The notes below the pieces were generated by a model. The model was not told the DNA's origin, ran no database searches, and saw only the letters and a list, made by a program, of their open reading frames with translations. Shown here in pieces: positions 25,171-37,109 of a stretch of 64,000 nt of DNA. Origin of the DNA: Rhynchobatus australiae (taxonomy: Eukaryota). A program made the translations under genes and the position numbers. Location: contig JAUZTB010000127.1 of NCBI GenBank assembly GCA_034780895.1, forward strand, positions 49,942,697 through 50,006,696, read 5' to 3'. Position 1 is the stretch's first letter. Every line of letters begins with the position of its first letter.

Positions 25171-28100
25171 CTGAAAAGAAAGCAAGATATGTTTGCACAA
25201 GTGGACCTAGCAATTCAGCATCCAAGCCCATGGTATTCTAGTGAATCTATGCTCTACCAGTNNNNNNNNNNNNNNNNNNNNNNNNNNNNNNNNNNNNNNN
25301 NNNNNNNNNNNNNNNNNNNNNNNNNNNNNNNNNNNNNNNNNNNNNNNNNNNNNNNNNNNNNNNNNNNNNNNNNNNNNNNNNNNNNNNNNNNNNNNNNNNN
25401 NNNNNNNNNNNNNNNNNNNNNNNNNNNNNNNNNNNNNNNNNNNNNNNNNNNNNNNNNNNNNNNNNNNNNNNNNNNNNNNNNNNNNNNNNNNNNNNNNNNN
25501 NNNNNNNNNNNNNNNNNNNNNNNNNNNNNNNNNNNNNNNNNNNNNNNNNNNNNNNNNNNNNNNNNNNNNNNNNNNNNNNNNNNNNNNNNNNNNNNNNNNN
25601 NNNNNNNNNNNNNNNNNNNNNNNNNNNNNNNNNNNNNNNNNNNNNNNNNNNNNNNNNNNNNNNNNNNNNNNNNNNNNNNNNNNNNNNNNNNNNTACTGTT
25701 ATATTTTAACTGAAACATTAAGTTCACTGTCACTGGCTTGTAACCCTATATACCAGGTTGCTTTTTCTTTACATTTCTTTCCTTTCTTTACATTAGGAGT
25801 CAACATTAATTCAACTGAGCCGCTACAGTATTCGTAACAATGGAGGCAAGAGAGAAAGAGCATAAAAATGATAAAATCTCTATCACCAACCATAAATGGC
25901 TCAATCCCCTTGGATAATGATGGATAACTGAGAGTTGACCTATGTTGCCTTGCATGTATGGCACAGTAGAATTTAGGCCACAAGAATAAAGTACAAACAA
26001 GAAGAACTAAGAGAGCAACTGTTTTTGTGCTATGATTTATAATATAATGGAACAAATTGCTGCAATGAAATTACATTTCTGTAAATATTTTGTCTCATGA
26101 GGGTTTCAGTACATAAGGGAAGTGCTTCTGTGCAACAAGCATATGAAAGGATTTTGTTGCCATCTCCAAGATATTTCAATGGATAAATAGATAATCAAAT
26201 TCTCAGACAAGAGATCTTCACAAGTTGGAGGAAAACATGTTCTGGGGGATAAAGGGTTTACTCCTTCCCAACCATGCATCACATCTTGCCTCCCATCTCT
26301 CAATCAAACACCAACCTATGTCACATCACTACTTTCATTCAAGCTCATCTCTAAAATCATTTGTTCTGGATCAGATTATAATACGTCCTGCTCTGGGTCA
26401 ATATCCATTTTTGTGATAACTATGTGAAGTGCCCAAGCATTTGTTTTTATATTAAAGCCACTTATCACACAGTTCATCTATCTCCCTCACTAACTGGGAT
26501 TATGCAAGTGCCGCATATCTTTTGATTGTGTCCAAATGGTAATTGTTCTAAGGTGAGCTGGCTAGCTAGCTGGCTATTTGACTGGAGGACTTCACAAGCA
26601 ATCTGGTGCTTTGTTCCTAATCAGCACACATGCACAATGGAATCAGCAATGAAAGGCTACCTGATTTTTTTCCAGTTTGGACTGCAGCACGCATGTGAGA
26701 TCACCTTTGTAGTAACCAGTGAACATTTGAGCCTGCTTCTCCAAAGCATCCCCTGACTTTTTACATCAATTTAGGTGCTCATAGAACAATTAATCTACTG
26801 GTTTAGCACAATTGCTTCTTCAACATAGATCACTAATTTATCCAGTCATTTCAAAAAATGGTACAAGATATTCTTTAAGTGGTAAAATTCATTCACTACA
26901 AAACATTTATGTTAGACTTCACAAGGCACTGGACTTTTAAGAACATACAACCAAGATTTGATTACAAGATTCTACAATAAGCAGTGCTACTTTGTTTGCA
27001 AATATTATTTGAATCCAGAAAAAAAACATTTGTTTTTCTATAAACACAAGAATTCAAAGAACCTTCTCCATTCTGTGCATATACTCAACACAAATTCATT
27101 ATTATTCATGAGGCAGATTACTGAAAGAATACATCACACTTTATATTCCACATGTCCAAAATCGGCTGGAGTAGCAGAGTTTTGAAAATAACAGTCTGAA
27201 GACTGCTTCAACCTCCGTCTCACTGACCTTCACCCTCTTGATCCTGTTCTACTCTCTCTCCTTAGCCTCCTACATTACAGAAACTGGGGTTGCTGCAATG
27301 CCATTGAGAAAATTAGAACAGGGGTCATCATCTTAAAATTTTCACGTCAAGACTTCTACAAATATCTGAAAAGGGTTACTTTCAAAACTAAGTTTTCCAG
27401 TTTATAATTTGGCAGATATAGAAGAGAAGGCATGATGTATGAAAGATTTGCAACATTTGCAATTTGTAACACAAACAACCAATCAATCCAATAAGGAACA
27501 GTATTCCTACGCTTTCGTATTCCAAGTCTTCAAGTTTATACCATTACTTCTCTTCATTCCACAATCAGGCCACAAGAATAAAAAAAAATTGTTAAATATG
27601 GAAACTGACAGCAAAAGGTGGTTGGGAGTATTAAAATATGACTTTACTTGGCTTGACAACTTATAGATAAAACAGCTGCAAGAGAACATAATGTGGATTT
27701 GGACCAATATCTGAAATGTACAGTCAATATTCAACAGCAAATTGCCATTACAGTTCATGACATGCATTATCTATATAATAACAGTAGATATATGCGAACG
27801 TTTTAGATGTTGGACTATTTAATAAAAGTAGATACTAAGGTCATTCAGCATCCTCAAGCACACAGATTCTGCTCAGTTTCCAGTAATGACTTCTTACTTT
27901 TCTTATTGCACCAATTTAATATTTTAACTCTGTTTCCAGCTGTGTTTTAACAAGCTGTCTGAATTCTATCAGCATGTTCTTATAACCTCAGACTTCTACC
28001 CTGGCCTTCAAAAGTCAATCCCATGCTTTGTTTCCTGGTACACTGCAGTCATAAGTAGCTCTCAGCACAAGTCACAGGCAAATCTTTTGTTCCACATTCC

Positions 28101-29379
28101 CATCAACTTGGTTTGAATGAGCAATAACCAATGAGTTGATATCAAAAGGTCTATATTCAATGTTTTTCTCCCTGGAAAGATGTGCTCTAATTGGATTTAT
28201 GGAACTTTAAAAAAAAACAAATAGAAGTGGTATCAGTGCATTGAGTAAATTGTATGTGGATACATTGTTGTGATATCTGGCAAGAATGAAGAAAAATATG
28301 GACCACATGATATTTTAATACCTTTTGACTTATGCCTCACAGGTCTTATCAGTGTTAGTGAAATGAATGCAAGCACCAATTTTTTTTTGTCAGGTAACAT
28401 TTCATCAGTTATTCCAAACAATCCAGAAATACCTGCACTAAAAATTACAGTAATTCCCAAAATTTGAGGAAGAAAATCCATATTACAATCTGCTATTTAC
28501 AGACATGTCTCGATCAATAAATTCTTACATAAATGTCCAGAGAAAGAAATCTTAAATNNNNNNNNNNNNNNNNNNNNNNNNNNNNNNNNNNNNNNNNNNN
28601 NNNNNNNNNNNNNNNNNNNNNNNNNNNNNNNNNNNNNNNNNNNNNNNNNNNNNNNNNNNNNNNNNNNNNNNNNNNNNNNNNNNNNNNNNNNNNNNNNNNN
28701 NNNNNNNNNNNNNNNNNNNNNNNNNNNNNNNNNNNNNNNNNNNNNNNNNNNNNNNNNNNNNNNNNNNNNNNNNNNNNNNNNNNNNNNNNNNNNNNNNNNN
28801 NNNNNNNNNNNNNNNNNNNNNNNNNNNNNNNNNNNNNNNNNNNNNNNNNNNNNNNNNNNNNNNNNNNNNNNNNNNNNNNNNNNNNNNNNNNNNNNNNNNN
28901 NNNNNNNNNNNNNNNNNNNNNNNNNNNNNNNNNNNNNNNNNNNNNNNNNNNNNNNNNNNNNNNNNNNNNNNNNNNNNNNNNNNNNNNNNNNNNNNNNNNN
29001 NNNNNNNNNNNNNNNNNNCAACGTGTCAGAAGATGAGTAAGGATAAAAAAAGGATTCAACAATCAAACTAGGACACCTGGTGGCACTTTGTGGTAAAATA
29101 AAACAAAATTAAAGAACGGAATGCAGGGTTTGAGGCTAATAACAATGAGACTGAATTAAAGGCATTGTTGCAATAAATGATCAAGTGTAGATGCTGCACA
29201 ATGCAGCACACTTCAAATGCAGTCATTTAATACATATAGCCTTAACCTTAAATGGTATTTGGCAGCGTAAATCCTCACAAAAAAAAAGCATCAAGTGCAT
29301 GCAGTACATACAATCTAATACATTTTAGTTGTCAGTACTGATCCATCAACCCAGTAATTAATGCTAGAAGGTGCATTAA

Positions 29380-29870
29380 TGAATAATTCACGTTATACTA
29401 CAGAGCACCCACTTGCAAAACCATACATCGTTTTCAGAAGCTGGCATTTGAGAACTTACATGTATGCCGGAGTCAGCGTTGTCGTCCTAGATGGCTTAAG
29501 CATAGAAACTGGGAATTTCCAGTTAGTCGTGTTGCTCGTTTTCCATTTCAATGGCATGTTGTTATAAAAGGTACTACGATACCAGAGACAAGCATTTCCA
29601 AAACAGACTTACAGCTATGAGCTCCATACCAGACAAGACTGATCACAGTGGCTGCTGCTTAGAACACGTGAATAATTCTGGCACTGCTCTTAAGCTAATG
29701 TTTTTGATTGCTGTATTTAGTGAAACAGGGGTGAAAGGCATTCTCTTTTTCCAATCCCTTTGTCTCCCTGAACATACAAGATATGGTTTCTATCGCGCTA
29801 ACTCAACAACAGTGCCTCCGTGTTCAAGAGAAGCTCCGATGCAACACGCAGACCGATTCTCGGGAGCAGC
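29380..29870. promoter_or_regulatory. CpG-retaining unique segment with an NF-kB consensus site; candidate enhancer/promoter
   Basis: 16 CpGs counted by eye in ~470 bp versus about 3 in 27000-27500; GGGAATTTCC at 29511-29520; two minus-strand GTAAGT donors (29459, 29612). Confidence 0.35.
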
Positions 29871-30074
29871 ATATCAGGGCTTTGTTTACCAGCACACAGC
29901 CAGAATAAGATAAGGGCTACAATAGCAGTACAACCTGTACAATGCTCTGCAATAAAGCAGTAAATCATTCACAGTTTACACCTATCATTTTAGTAAGATT
30001 TTTTTTGAATAGCTCTGTAGAAGATTAAAGAAAACACAAAAGGATCATGTGATATATCTGAGTCATCAACATAC

Positions 30075-30119
30075 CTACTCAGAATACACTTGTCATCCTC
30101 TGTAAATTCTTCTTTTGGA
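30075..30119 (-). other. Candidate 45-nt exon (phase 2-2), reading PKEEFTEDDKCILS
   Basis: Acceptor CCCATTTGTATTGTTGCAG| and donor TAG|GTATGT; purine-rich body; length divisible by 3. Confidence 0.4.
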
Positions 30120-30188
30120 CTGCAACAATACAAATGGGATATAAATTTCAGCATAGCCCTGGGCCACTGTTAATAGACATCAGGGAAC

Positions 30189-30273
30189 AAATTCAGCAGC
30201 CTGATTTTCTCCCATGAAACCTCCATCCAAACATAGCATCAATGCTATTATGATAAAAAGCCTTTCCCCGTTC
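30189..30273. repeat. ~85-bp segment duplicated at 31508-31592
   Basis: AATTCAGCAGCCTGATTTTCTCCCATGAAA(C/G)CTCCATCCAAA is near-identical in both copies; similarity continues through TCAATGCTA..TTTCCC. Confidence 0.9.
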
Positions 30274-30552
30274 TAATAGTCCATCACACAGCCATAATGT
30301 AGCGTCCAAGATTTCAAAAAATCAGAACTGATGCAATTTTCAGGATGCCGTCTAGTATCTGTTCAGTTTGCTTTTACTTTTCACTTATTGCTTGCTGAGC
30401 ACCATCCTCAAGCACCCGAGTATTTTACAACATGCTGTATTATATGGCTCTCATTCTGTATCTTCTGCGGGGAACATGGATTGCTTGCAGTATGTTCCAG
30501 CAGTCACAATCAGCAGTGCTGCTAACGATCTGATTCAACGGCTCTCGAATAC

Positions 30553-30659
30553 CTCATCAAGCACTTGAAGTTGTGGCAGAGCAGTTGGTCAAGCAGGTGG
30601 CCACCTGGGATCACTCTGCTGTTCCGTGGTCCGTTGTGATCCCAGAGGCTGGTGAATTC
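30553..30659 (-). other. Candidate 107-nt exon (phase 0-2), reading EFTSLWDHNGPRNSRVIPGGHLLDQLLCHNFKCLM
   Basis: Acceptor TGCGTGTTTTCATTAG| and donor GAG|GTATTC; GC-richer than flanks; its only open frame is compatible with the 45-nt exon. Confidence 0.35.
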
Positions 30660-31507
30660 CTAATGAAAACACGCAGGGCATGTGGCTTCTTAACAGTGAG
30701 CTCAGAGAGCTACATATTAATATTTGACCAGCCTCATTCTTTAAAATGATTACTAATTCTGTTACTTTGAAAGGGATTGCAATGTCCCTCAGAATATTTT
30801 GTACTCTTTTTCAAATATTTGCAAGACATTTATATAATTGTATGATGTTCGACCTTTAAATAAAGCAGAATATAATTATCAAATATCCAATCACATGCTA
30901 CAAATTTCCAACAATTTACTTCCATATCTTATACTTGCTGTTGAAATGTACGTAAAGAGTTGANNNNNNNNNNNNNNNNNNNNNNNNNNNNNNNNNNNNN
31001 NNNNNNNNNNNNNNNNNNNNNNNNNNNNNNNNNNNNNNNNNNNNNNNNNNNNNNNNNNNNNNNACAATTTACTTCCATATCTGCAGTGAAATAAACTGCA
31101 AACAGAACAGGCACAATTTGATCTGCAACTTGTCCCAAGAGAAATGCTTATATTAATCAGAACCAATACAAAATTTGATAATAACATGAAAACAAATTAT
31201 AATTTCAGCACTGATAAAAAAATTGATGTACTTGGACTTGTACTACAGTGGTGAAATGAGGCGACTTTGTTTGGACTTGGAATAGACAGTGAGAATTGTA
31301 TTCACTCCAGACAAACATTGTATTTATAGTACAAGTGTGCCTCAAAACTGGTATCAGAGCATGAACTGATTTCAAAATCAGTTTGGACCTGAACATAAAC
31401 AAGTTCAACATTGGTGCAAAACTAAAACCACTTGGCATGGGGACTAACTGTATTGTAAATACATTTACTCCATCAAGCTGCAATAACAACAAAAGCACAA
31501 TTCTCCT

Positions 31508-31592
31508 AATTCAGCAGCCTGATTTTCTCCCATGAAAGCTCCATCCAAATATAACTTCAATGCTAAATGATTAAAAATCTTTTCCCTAGTCT
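31508..31592. repeat. Second copy of the 30189-30273 segment
   Basis: Direct sequence identity as above. Confidence 0.9.
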
Positions 31593-31761
31593 GCTATTAT
31601 TTTCTTCCTCAGATATTAACATTGGCAGTTAAAAGCTGCAGAACTCAATTCTGTGGTAACTTCATGGCGATTGTATCACAGTGTAACTTATTCTTTTTTT
31701 TTGAGTGAAGATTTTGTGCAGGTCGTAAAACAGTTTGGAACCAACAGCACAAGCACAACAG

Positions 31762-32205
31762 GGCAAGCTCTGTAGTGTAGTGGTTAGTGTAACGCTATTA
31801 CACCACCAGAGACCCAGGTTCAATTCTGGCCACTGTCTGTAAGGAGTTTGTACATTCTCTCCATGTGTCTGCATGGGTTTCCTCCGGGTGCTCTGGTTTC
31901 CTCCCACATTCCAAGGACGTATGGGTTAGAAAGTTGTGGGCNNNNNNNNNNNNNNNNNNNNNNNNNNNNNNNNNNNNNNNNNNNNNNNNNNNNNNNNNNN
32001 NNNNNNNNNNNNNNNNNNNNNNNNNNNNNNNNNNNNNNNNNCCCACATTCCAAGGACGTATGGGTTAGAAAGTTGTGGGCATGCTATGTTGGCGCCAGAA
32101 GCGTGGCGACGCTTGCAGGCTGCCTCCAGAACACTCGACTCAAAAGGCATATTTCACAGTGTGTTTCGATGTACATGTGACTAATAAAGATATTTTATCT
32201 CATCT
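31762..32205 (+). mobile_element. tRNA-derived V-domain SINE
   Basis: A-box-like TAGTGTAGTGG, B-box-like GGTTCAATTC, V-domain GGGTTTCCTCCGGGTGCTCTGGTTTCCTCCCACATTCCAAGGACGT; part is repeated across the N gap by the assembly. Confidence 0.85.
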
Positions 32206-33039
32206 TATATCCCACAGTGATATAAGTATCTCTAATGATAACACTCAGGCCCTGTATCTCACTAGTTTCAGTTAAATGCAAAGATCAGAGAAGTTGAGTT
32301 CTTTGTTATAGATCAGATAATGTTAAGAAGAGATTTAATACAGATGTTCCAAATTATTGAGAGTTCACATAAAGAAAAATGAGAAATCATTTTTACTGGT
32401 AGGAACAATGCTGAACAGAGAATATGGATTTAGGAAATACAGTGCCTCTTTTCATGAGCCAACACACACACACAATGGGTTGGAATACATCCTGCTTTGC
32501 TGTAGGATTCTACGTCGAGTCTCAGTTCAGTACCCATGACCTTAATATTGTTAGTAATAAGACAAAGCTTACTCTAATTTAAGTTGTAGCCCAGTCAATG
32601 AAAATAGCTCACTCTGCATATATGAACTAAGAATAAANNNNNNNNNNNNNNNNNNNNNNNNNNNNNNNNNNNNNNNNNNNNNNNNNNNNNNNNNNNNNNN
32701 NNNNNNNNNNNNNNNNNNNNNNNNNNNNNNNNNNNNNCCCTCGGAAAAAATAAAACTGGGGGAGGAAACAAAACTAATATTTATTGGTATACTGCAATAG
32801 CAGCACAATAATCCACAAAAAATACATTATCAAAATTCTATACAAGCCAGTACCTTTCATTTTGCACCAAGCTATTTACAAATTCACTTCACATTGCATA
32901 ATCATGACAATCATTCCTTAAGGCTTATACCACAGCTCTTACAAGAATCTGTAAGGTAATGGTGTTTTTCACTTTATGTAATTTTCCCTTGAACAGAAAG
33001 AAAAAGGCAAGGCAAATAGTTCACCAATGGATTTTGAGA

Positions 33040-33395
33040 ATGGCAGGACTGCCATATGACGAGAGGTTACTTGACTAGGTCTGCATTCAGTAAAGTTTAG
33101 AAGAATGAAACTGGACAGATTGGATGCAAGGACTCTGGTGTCTTGAATAAGGGGTCTCAATCTGGAGATTTGGATTAAGACATTTAGGACCGAGATTAGG
33201 AGAAATATCTTCACTCAGATGGTGAAATTGTAGAATTCACTATGGCAGAAGCCAATAAAGACCAAGTCACTCAATATATTTAAGGAGATAGATAAGATTT
33301 CTAGGCTCAAGCACTATGGGGTGAGAGTGGGAATATGATATTGAGACAGATAATCAGCCGTGATCACAATGAATGGCAGAACCATTTGGAAGGGT
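33040..33395 (+). mobile_element. CR1 3' end
   Basis: TTTAGGACCGAGATTAGGAGAAATATCTTCACTCAGA (FRTE.RRN.FTQ) and tail GATCACAATGAATGGCAGA..GAAGGG. Confidence 0.75.
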
Positions 33396-33433
33396 TATAT
33401 ACACACATATATACTGTATTTTATATAACATGC

Positions 33434-33455
33434 ACACATACACACACACACACAC
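33434..33455. repeat. (CA)n microsatellite
   Basis: ACACATACACACACACACACAC next to a gap. Confidence 0.85.
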
Positions 33456-34959
33456 TTTATTTANNNNNNNNNNNNNNNNNNNNNNNNNNNNNNNNNNNNN
33501 NNNNNNNNNNNNNNNNNNNNNNNNNNNNNNNNNNNNNNNNNNNNNNNNNNNNNNNNNNNNNNNNNNNNNNNNNNNNNNNNNNNNNNNNNNNNNNNNNNNN
33601 NNNNNNNNNNNNNNNNNNNNNNNNNNNNNNNNNNNNNNNNNNNNNNNNNNNNNNNNNNNTTTCAATGTTTATATTTGGAAAAGAACTACTGTCTAGAATA
33701 ATAAGTGATGTGTATCAATATATACATATCTGGGTGTTAATTTTCTAACCATAGTAAAACTGAATTAACTTTAAGCTCCTGGTTCTGTCAGAGTCATGGA
33801 CGCAAAATATTAACTCTACTTTTTTCTGTCCACAAATCCATTTGATAGCTGCTGAATGTTTGCAGCTTTTTCTATTTTGATTTTTGATCTCTAATAAGGG
33901 TACTAGAAATATAGCATATTGACAGTAAATTATCTAACAAAATACTAAAGACATGTATATCAGTTAGTACTTAAAAAAAATTGAATAATTCACCGTAATA
34001 TTGTTTGTGCAATAAAAAGAGAAAATCCTGGGAAAATCAGTTCTGACGTGAAATGCTACTCATTTCTTTCTCCACAGATGCTGTCTGTCCAGCAGAGTAT
34101 CTCTGGCATTTTCTATTTTCATTTCAGGTTTCCTGCATCTACAAGTTTCTATTTTTCGATGATGCATGCAAACTTTATTTGAATAAAAATGCCATAAGGC
34201 ATATAAATCCAAAGGTTCTTCCACATGGTATGTTGTGGAGAGTGCCTAAATATAGTTGTCTAAAGGTGAATTTATATTAATTTGTAAAATGAATCAGTAA
34301 TATCAACTTGCATTACAAGTGAAATAACACAAATCAAACTAAACATCAGATATTTCAAAGCCTCTAGATTAGCTTATTCAACAGAATAAGCCTTCTGATT
34401 TCCCAAACTCTGTAATCATTTTGACCCGAAGATGCGTGGAAGGTCTAAAACTCATTGCCTAAGGGGGTCATGAAGGCATGAAATCCAGGTGTATGTTAAA
34501 AACTACCTAATCAAACATTTGAAGAGTTGTAACCTACAAAGCTCCATGCTGAGTGCTGGGAAATGGGATTAATTTAACTAGATTCTTTATTGACCAAAGT
34601 GGGCACGATGAGCCAAACACCTTCCTTTATGTGCTGTAAATTTCTATGATTTTATGAAGCTCAATTTAGNNNNNNNNNNNNNNNNNNNNNNNNNNNNNNN
34701 NNNNNNNNNNNNNNNNNNNNNNNNNNNNNNNNNNNNNNNNNNNNNNNNNNNNNNNNNNNNNNNNNNNNNAAGCTCAATGTACTTGAAACACACCAAAACT
34801 ATAATAATCCATGCGCACCAACTAGCCCAAGGCATATGTTGAGTTCTCAACCGAAACAGTCAAAATCATGGAATTCCTCACCTCGCACTGTTGTAGGATA
34901 AACAAAAGTGCATGGACCACAATGGCCACAATTGGCCCATACAGTTTAATTTCTTCCTG

Positions 34960-35380
34960 TACGACAAACCTATTATTCTAGGAACCAAACTAGTAAACCT
35001 TAGCTGCACTCCCTCTCAGGTATTCTTTGGATACAGAGACCAGACTTGCACAAAATGCTCCAGATACAGACTAACCAGGGCCCCACATAACTGCATCAAT
35101 ATGTCTCTATTCTTGTACTCAAATCCTCTTCCAATAAAGGCTAACATACCGCTGGCCTTCCTTATTTGCTTGCATAACCTTTATGTTAAATTTCAGTAAT
35201 GTACATGCAGCTAGACCCTCTGAATACTAACATCTCTCGATATTCCATTACTTAAAAAAAGCACTCTTCCTTTCCACTTTTCTACCAAGGTACATTCAAC
35301 CTTTCTTTCTATTTGCCATATCCTTGCTTGTCCATATCCCCTGAAACTCTTTGAATTCTCCTCAATGTCCACACTGCCAC
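34960..35380 (-). mobile_element. CR1 ORF2 C-terminal fragment
   Basis: Reverse complement gives KASGMLAFIGRGFEYKNRDILMQLCGALVSLYLEHFVQVW. Confidence 0.75.
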
Positions 35381-35394
35381 TGAGATTTATCCAA

Positions 35395-36400
35395 AAGGGA
35401 TGCATTTTCGGAAACTGAGGAAGGCAGAGGTGGAGGGTGCCAAAGTTTGGCAGAGTCATTAGAATCTTCCATAGAGAGAAGCAGGTTCCAAAGGACTAGA
35501 AAACAGCAAATCACCTCAAACGTTGTGTTAAATATATTCTGCCACTTGATCATTCAGCCAACCTTTGCATGTTTTGTTGCTATTATTATCCTGCTCACTG
35601 TTTACCACACTTCCAAGCTTTACATCATCTGTAGACTTGGAAATTTTATATAACATTCATGTCTAATTCACTAATATATATGAAAAAAGCAACAGTGGCC
35701 CCAGATTGATTTTCAGAGAACACTGATATCGAGCATTATTTAGTTCTTAAATTACTTCTGAAAGTCTACACAAATGACATCTAATATATTCCCTTCGTCA
35801 ACCTGCTTCTTTACCTCATGAAAAAAAATCAGTGTTGTCAAACTTGAAATACTTGTTACAGTATTTTCCTGTAACAAGTGGAACTGGCTTTCCTTTATTA
35901 ATTCAAACTTCTCCAAGTGTCTTTTCTCCTCCAATTATCGTTTCTAAAACTTACCCACATGCGAGGTGAAGATGACTGAAATGCACATGCCTGTCGTGAG
36001 GTTGCACTGCTTTACAATTTGCTATTTTCTAGTCCTTTAGAATCTTCCATAGAGAAGTAAGTGCCAAAGGACAAGGAAGGATATGACAAATAGAAAAAGA
36101 GGTCGAATGCACCTTGGTAGAAAAGTAGTTCTTAAAGCTTTTCTGGAACATGACCAGATATATCTGGACCCAAGTCTTTGAAAGTGGCAAAGTATGTTGC
36201 AAATGTAGTTAATAAACAAAATGGGATCCTGGCATTCATAAATAGAATAATAGAATCAGAGTTCTAAAGCAGGAAGCTTACGTCAGAACTCGTCTGCCCA
36301 GCTCAGGGTGTAAAGGTCTAAGAGAGGGGTCAAAAAAGATTGATGAGAATGATTCCAGGAATGAAGGATTGTGGCTCCCAACTATCAAATTTAAAACAGT
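35395..36400 (+). mobile_element. CR1 LINE with an internally inverted RT segment (~35512-36038)
   Basis: Plus-strand pre-RT region to PKD*KTAN, then a minus-strand RT segment (HLEKFELIKESQ..DVICVDFQK..SKSTDDVKLG..WQ..FEVI), then the plus strand resumes with a degenerate KCEV.HLGRK motif; breakpoints are duplicated. Confidence 0.7.
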
Positions 36401-36719
36401 GGGAATTGCTTCAGTGGACAATACAAATATTAATTCAGAACAAAAAACATTAAAAGGCATCAAAAATATGGCACAGTACTTTGCCTATTTATTAAGCATA
36501 GAGTCACGTTTGCTCAATTCACTGATTGGCTAACTTTTTTTCTAATATTTATCCATGGCAGCCACATAAACAGTATTTCATTCAAGCTTACAGCACCATA
36601 CTTATCTACTGCGACATAGGAAGAGGCCATTTGGCCCACTGAGTCCATTTCATGTGCCAACACAGCAGTCACACCAGTTCCATACCCCCTCTGCCTGCTG
36701 CTCATGCCCTTTACCATCC

Positions 36720-37030
36720 AAGGCAATACCTCAAGGTCAAAGACAACTTCCTTAATGTCGAGCTTTCTGGGTTCTGAGGTGGCTGATAGGCCAAAATGGA
36801 ACTCAGGCTCTGCTACTTGGAGGATGGGAGGGGGTTTGCTTAATGGGACAGATGTGTGGGTACTTTGGGAGGCGGTGCAGTCCTTCTGCTGTTAATGCTG
36901 GGCTATTGACGATAGGACAAGGTTTTCTATGCCATCTTGAATGTTCCTCCTCCATTTTGAGCAGTCTTGGGGCAGGAATTTATGGGAGTCAGTGAAGATG
37001 TGATTCTTCTTCAAGGAGGCTTGAACTTTT
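36720..37030 (-). mobile_element. RTE-clade (BovB-like) LINE 3' region
   Basis: ORF 36892..37077 (..ASLKKNHIFTDS..QDCSKWRRNIQDGIENL) resembles the RTE ORF C-terminus. Confidence 0.6.
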
Positions 37031-37109
37031 CCTCTGTTCCAATCGATTATTATTTTTGATGTTACAGGTATAGCCAAACACTCATCCTTTCATCTCTTCC
37101 CTTCCCATC

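Noticed and set aside
25189-29066. Long ORFs in the supplied track (e.g. 25241..25837, 28497..29066; also 43554..44066, 63119..63793)
   Set aside because: They are long only because they run through N stretches or antisense decayed CR1 sequence.
31762-31840. tRNA gene
   Set aside because: The A/B-box-like sequence continues directly into a SINE V domain, with no cloverleaf or Pol III terminator.
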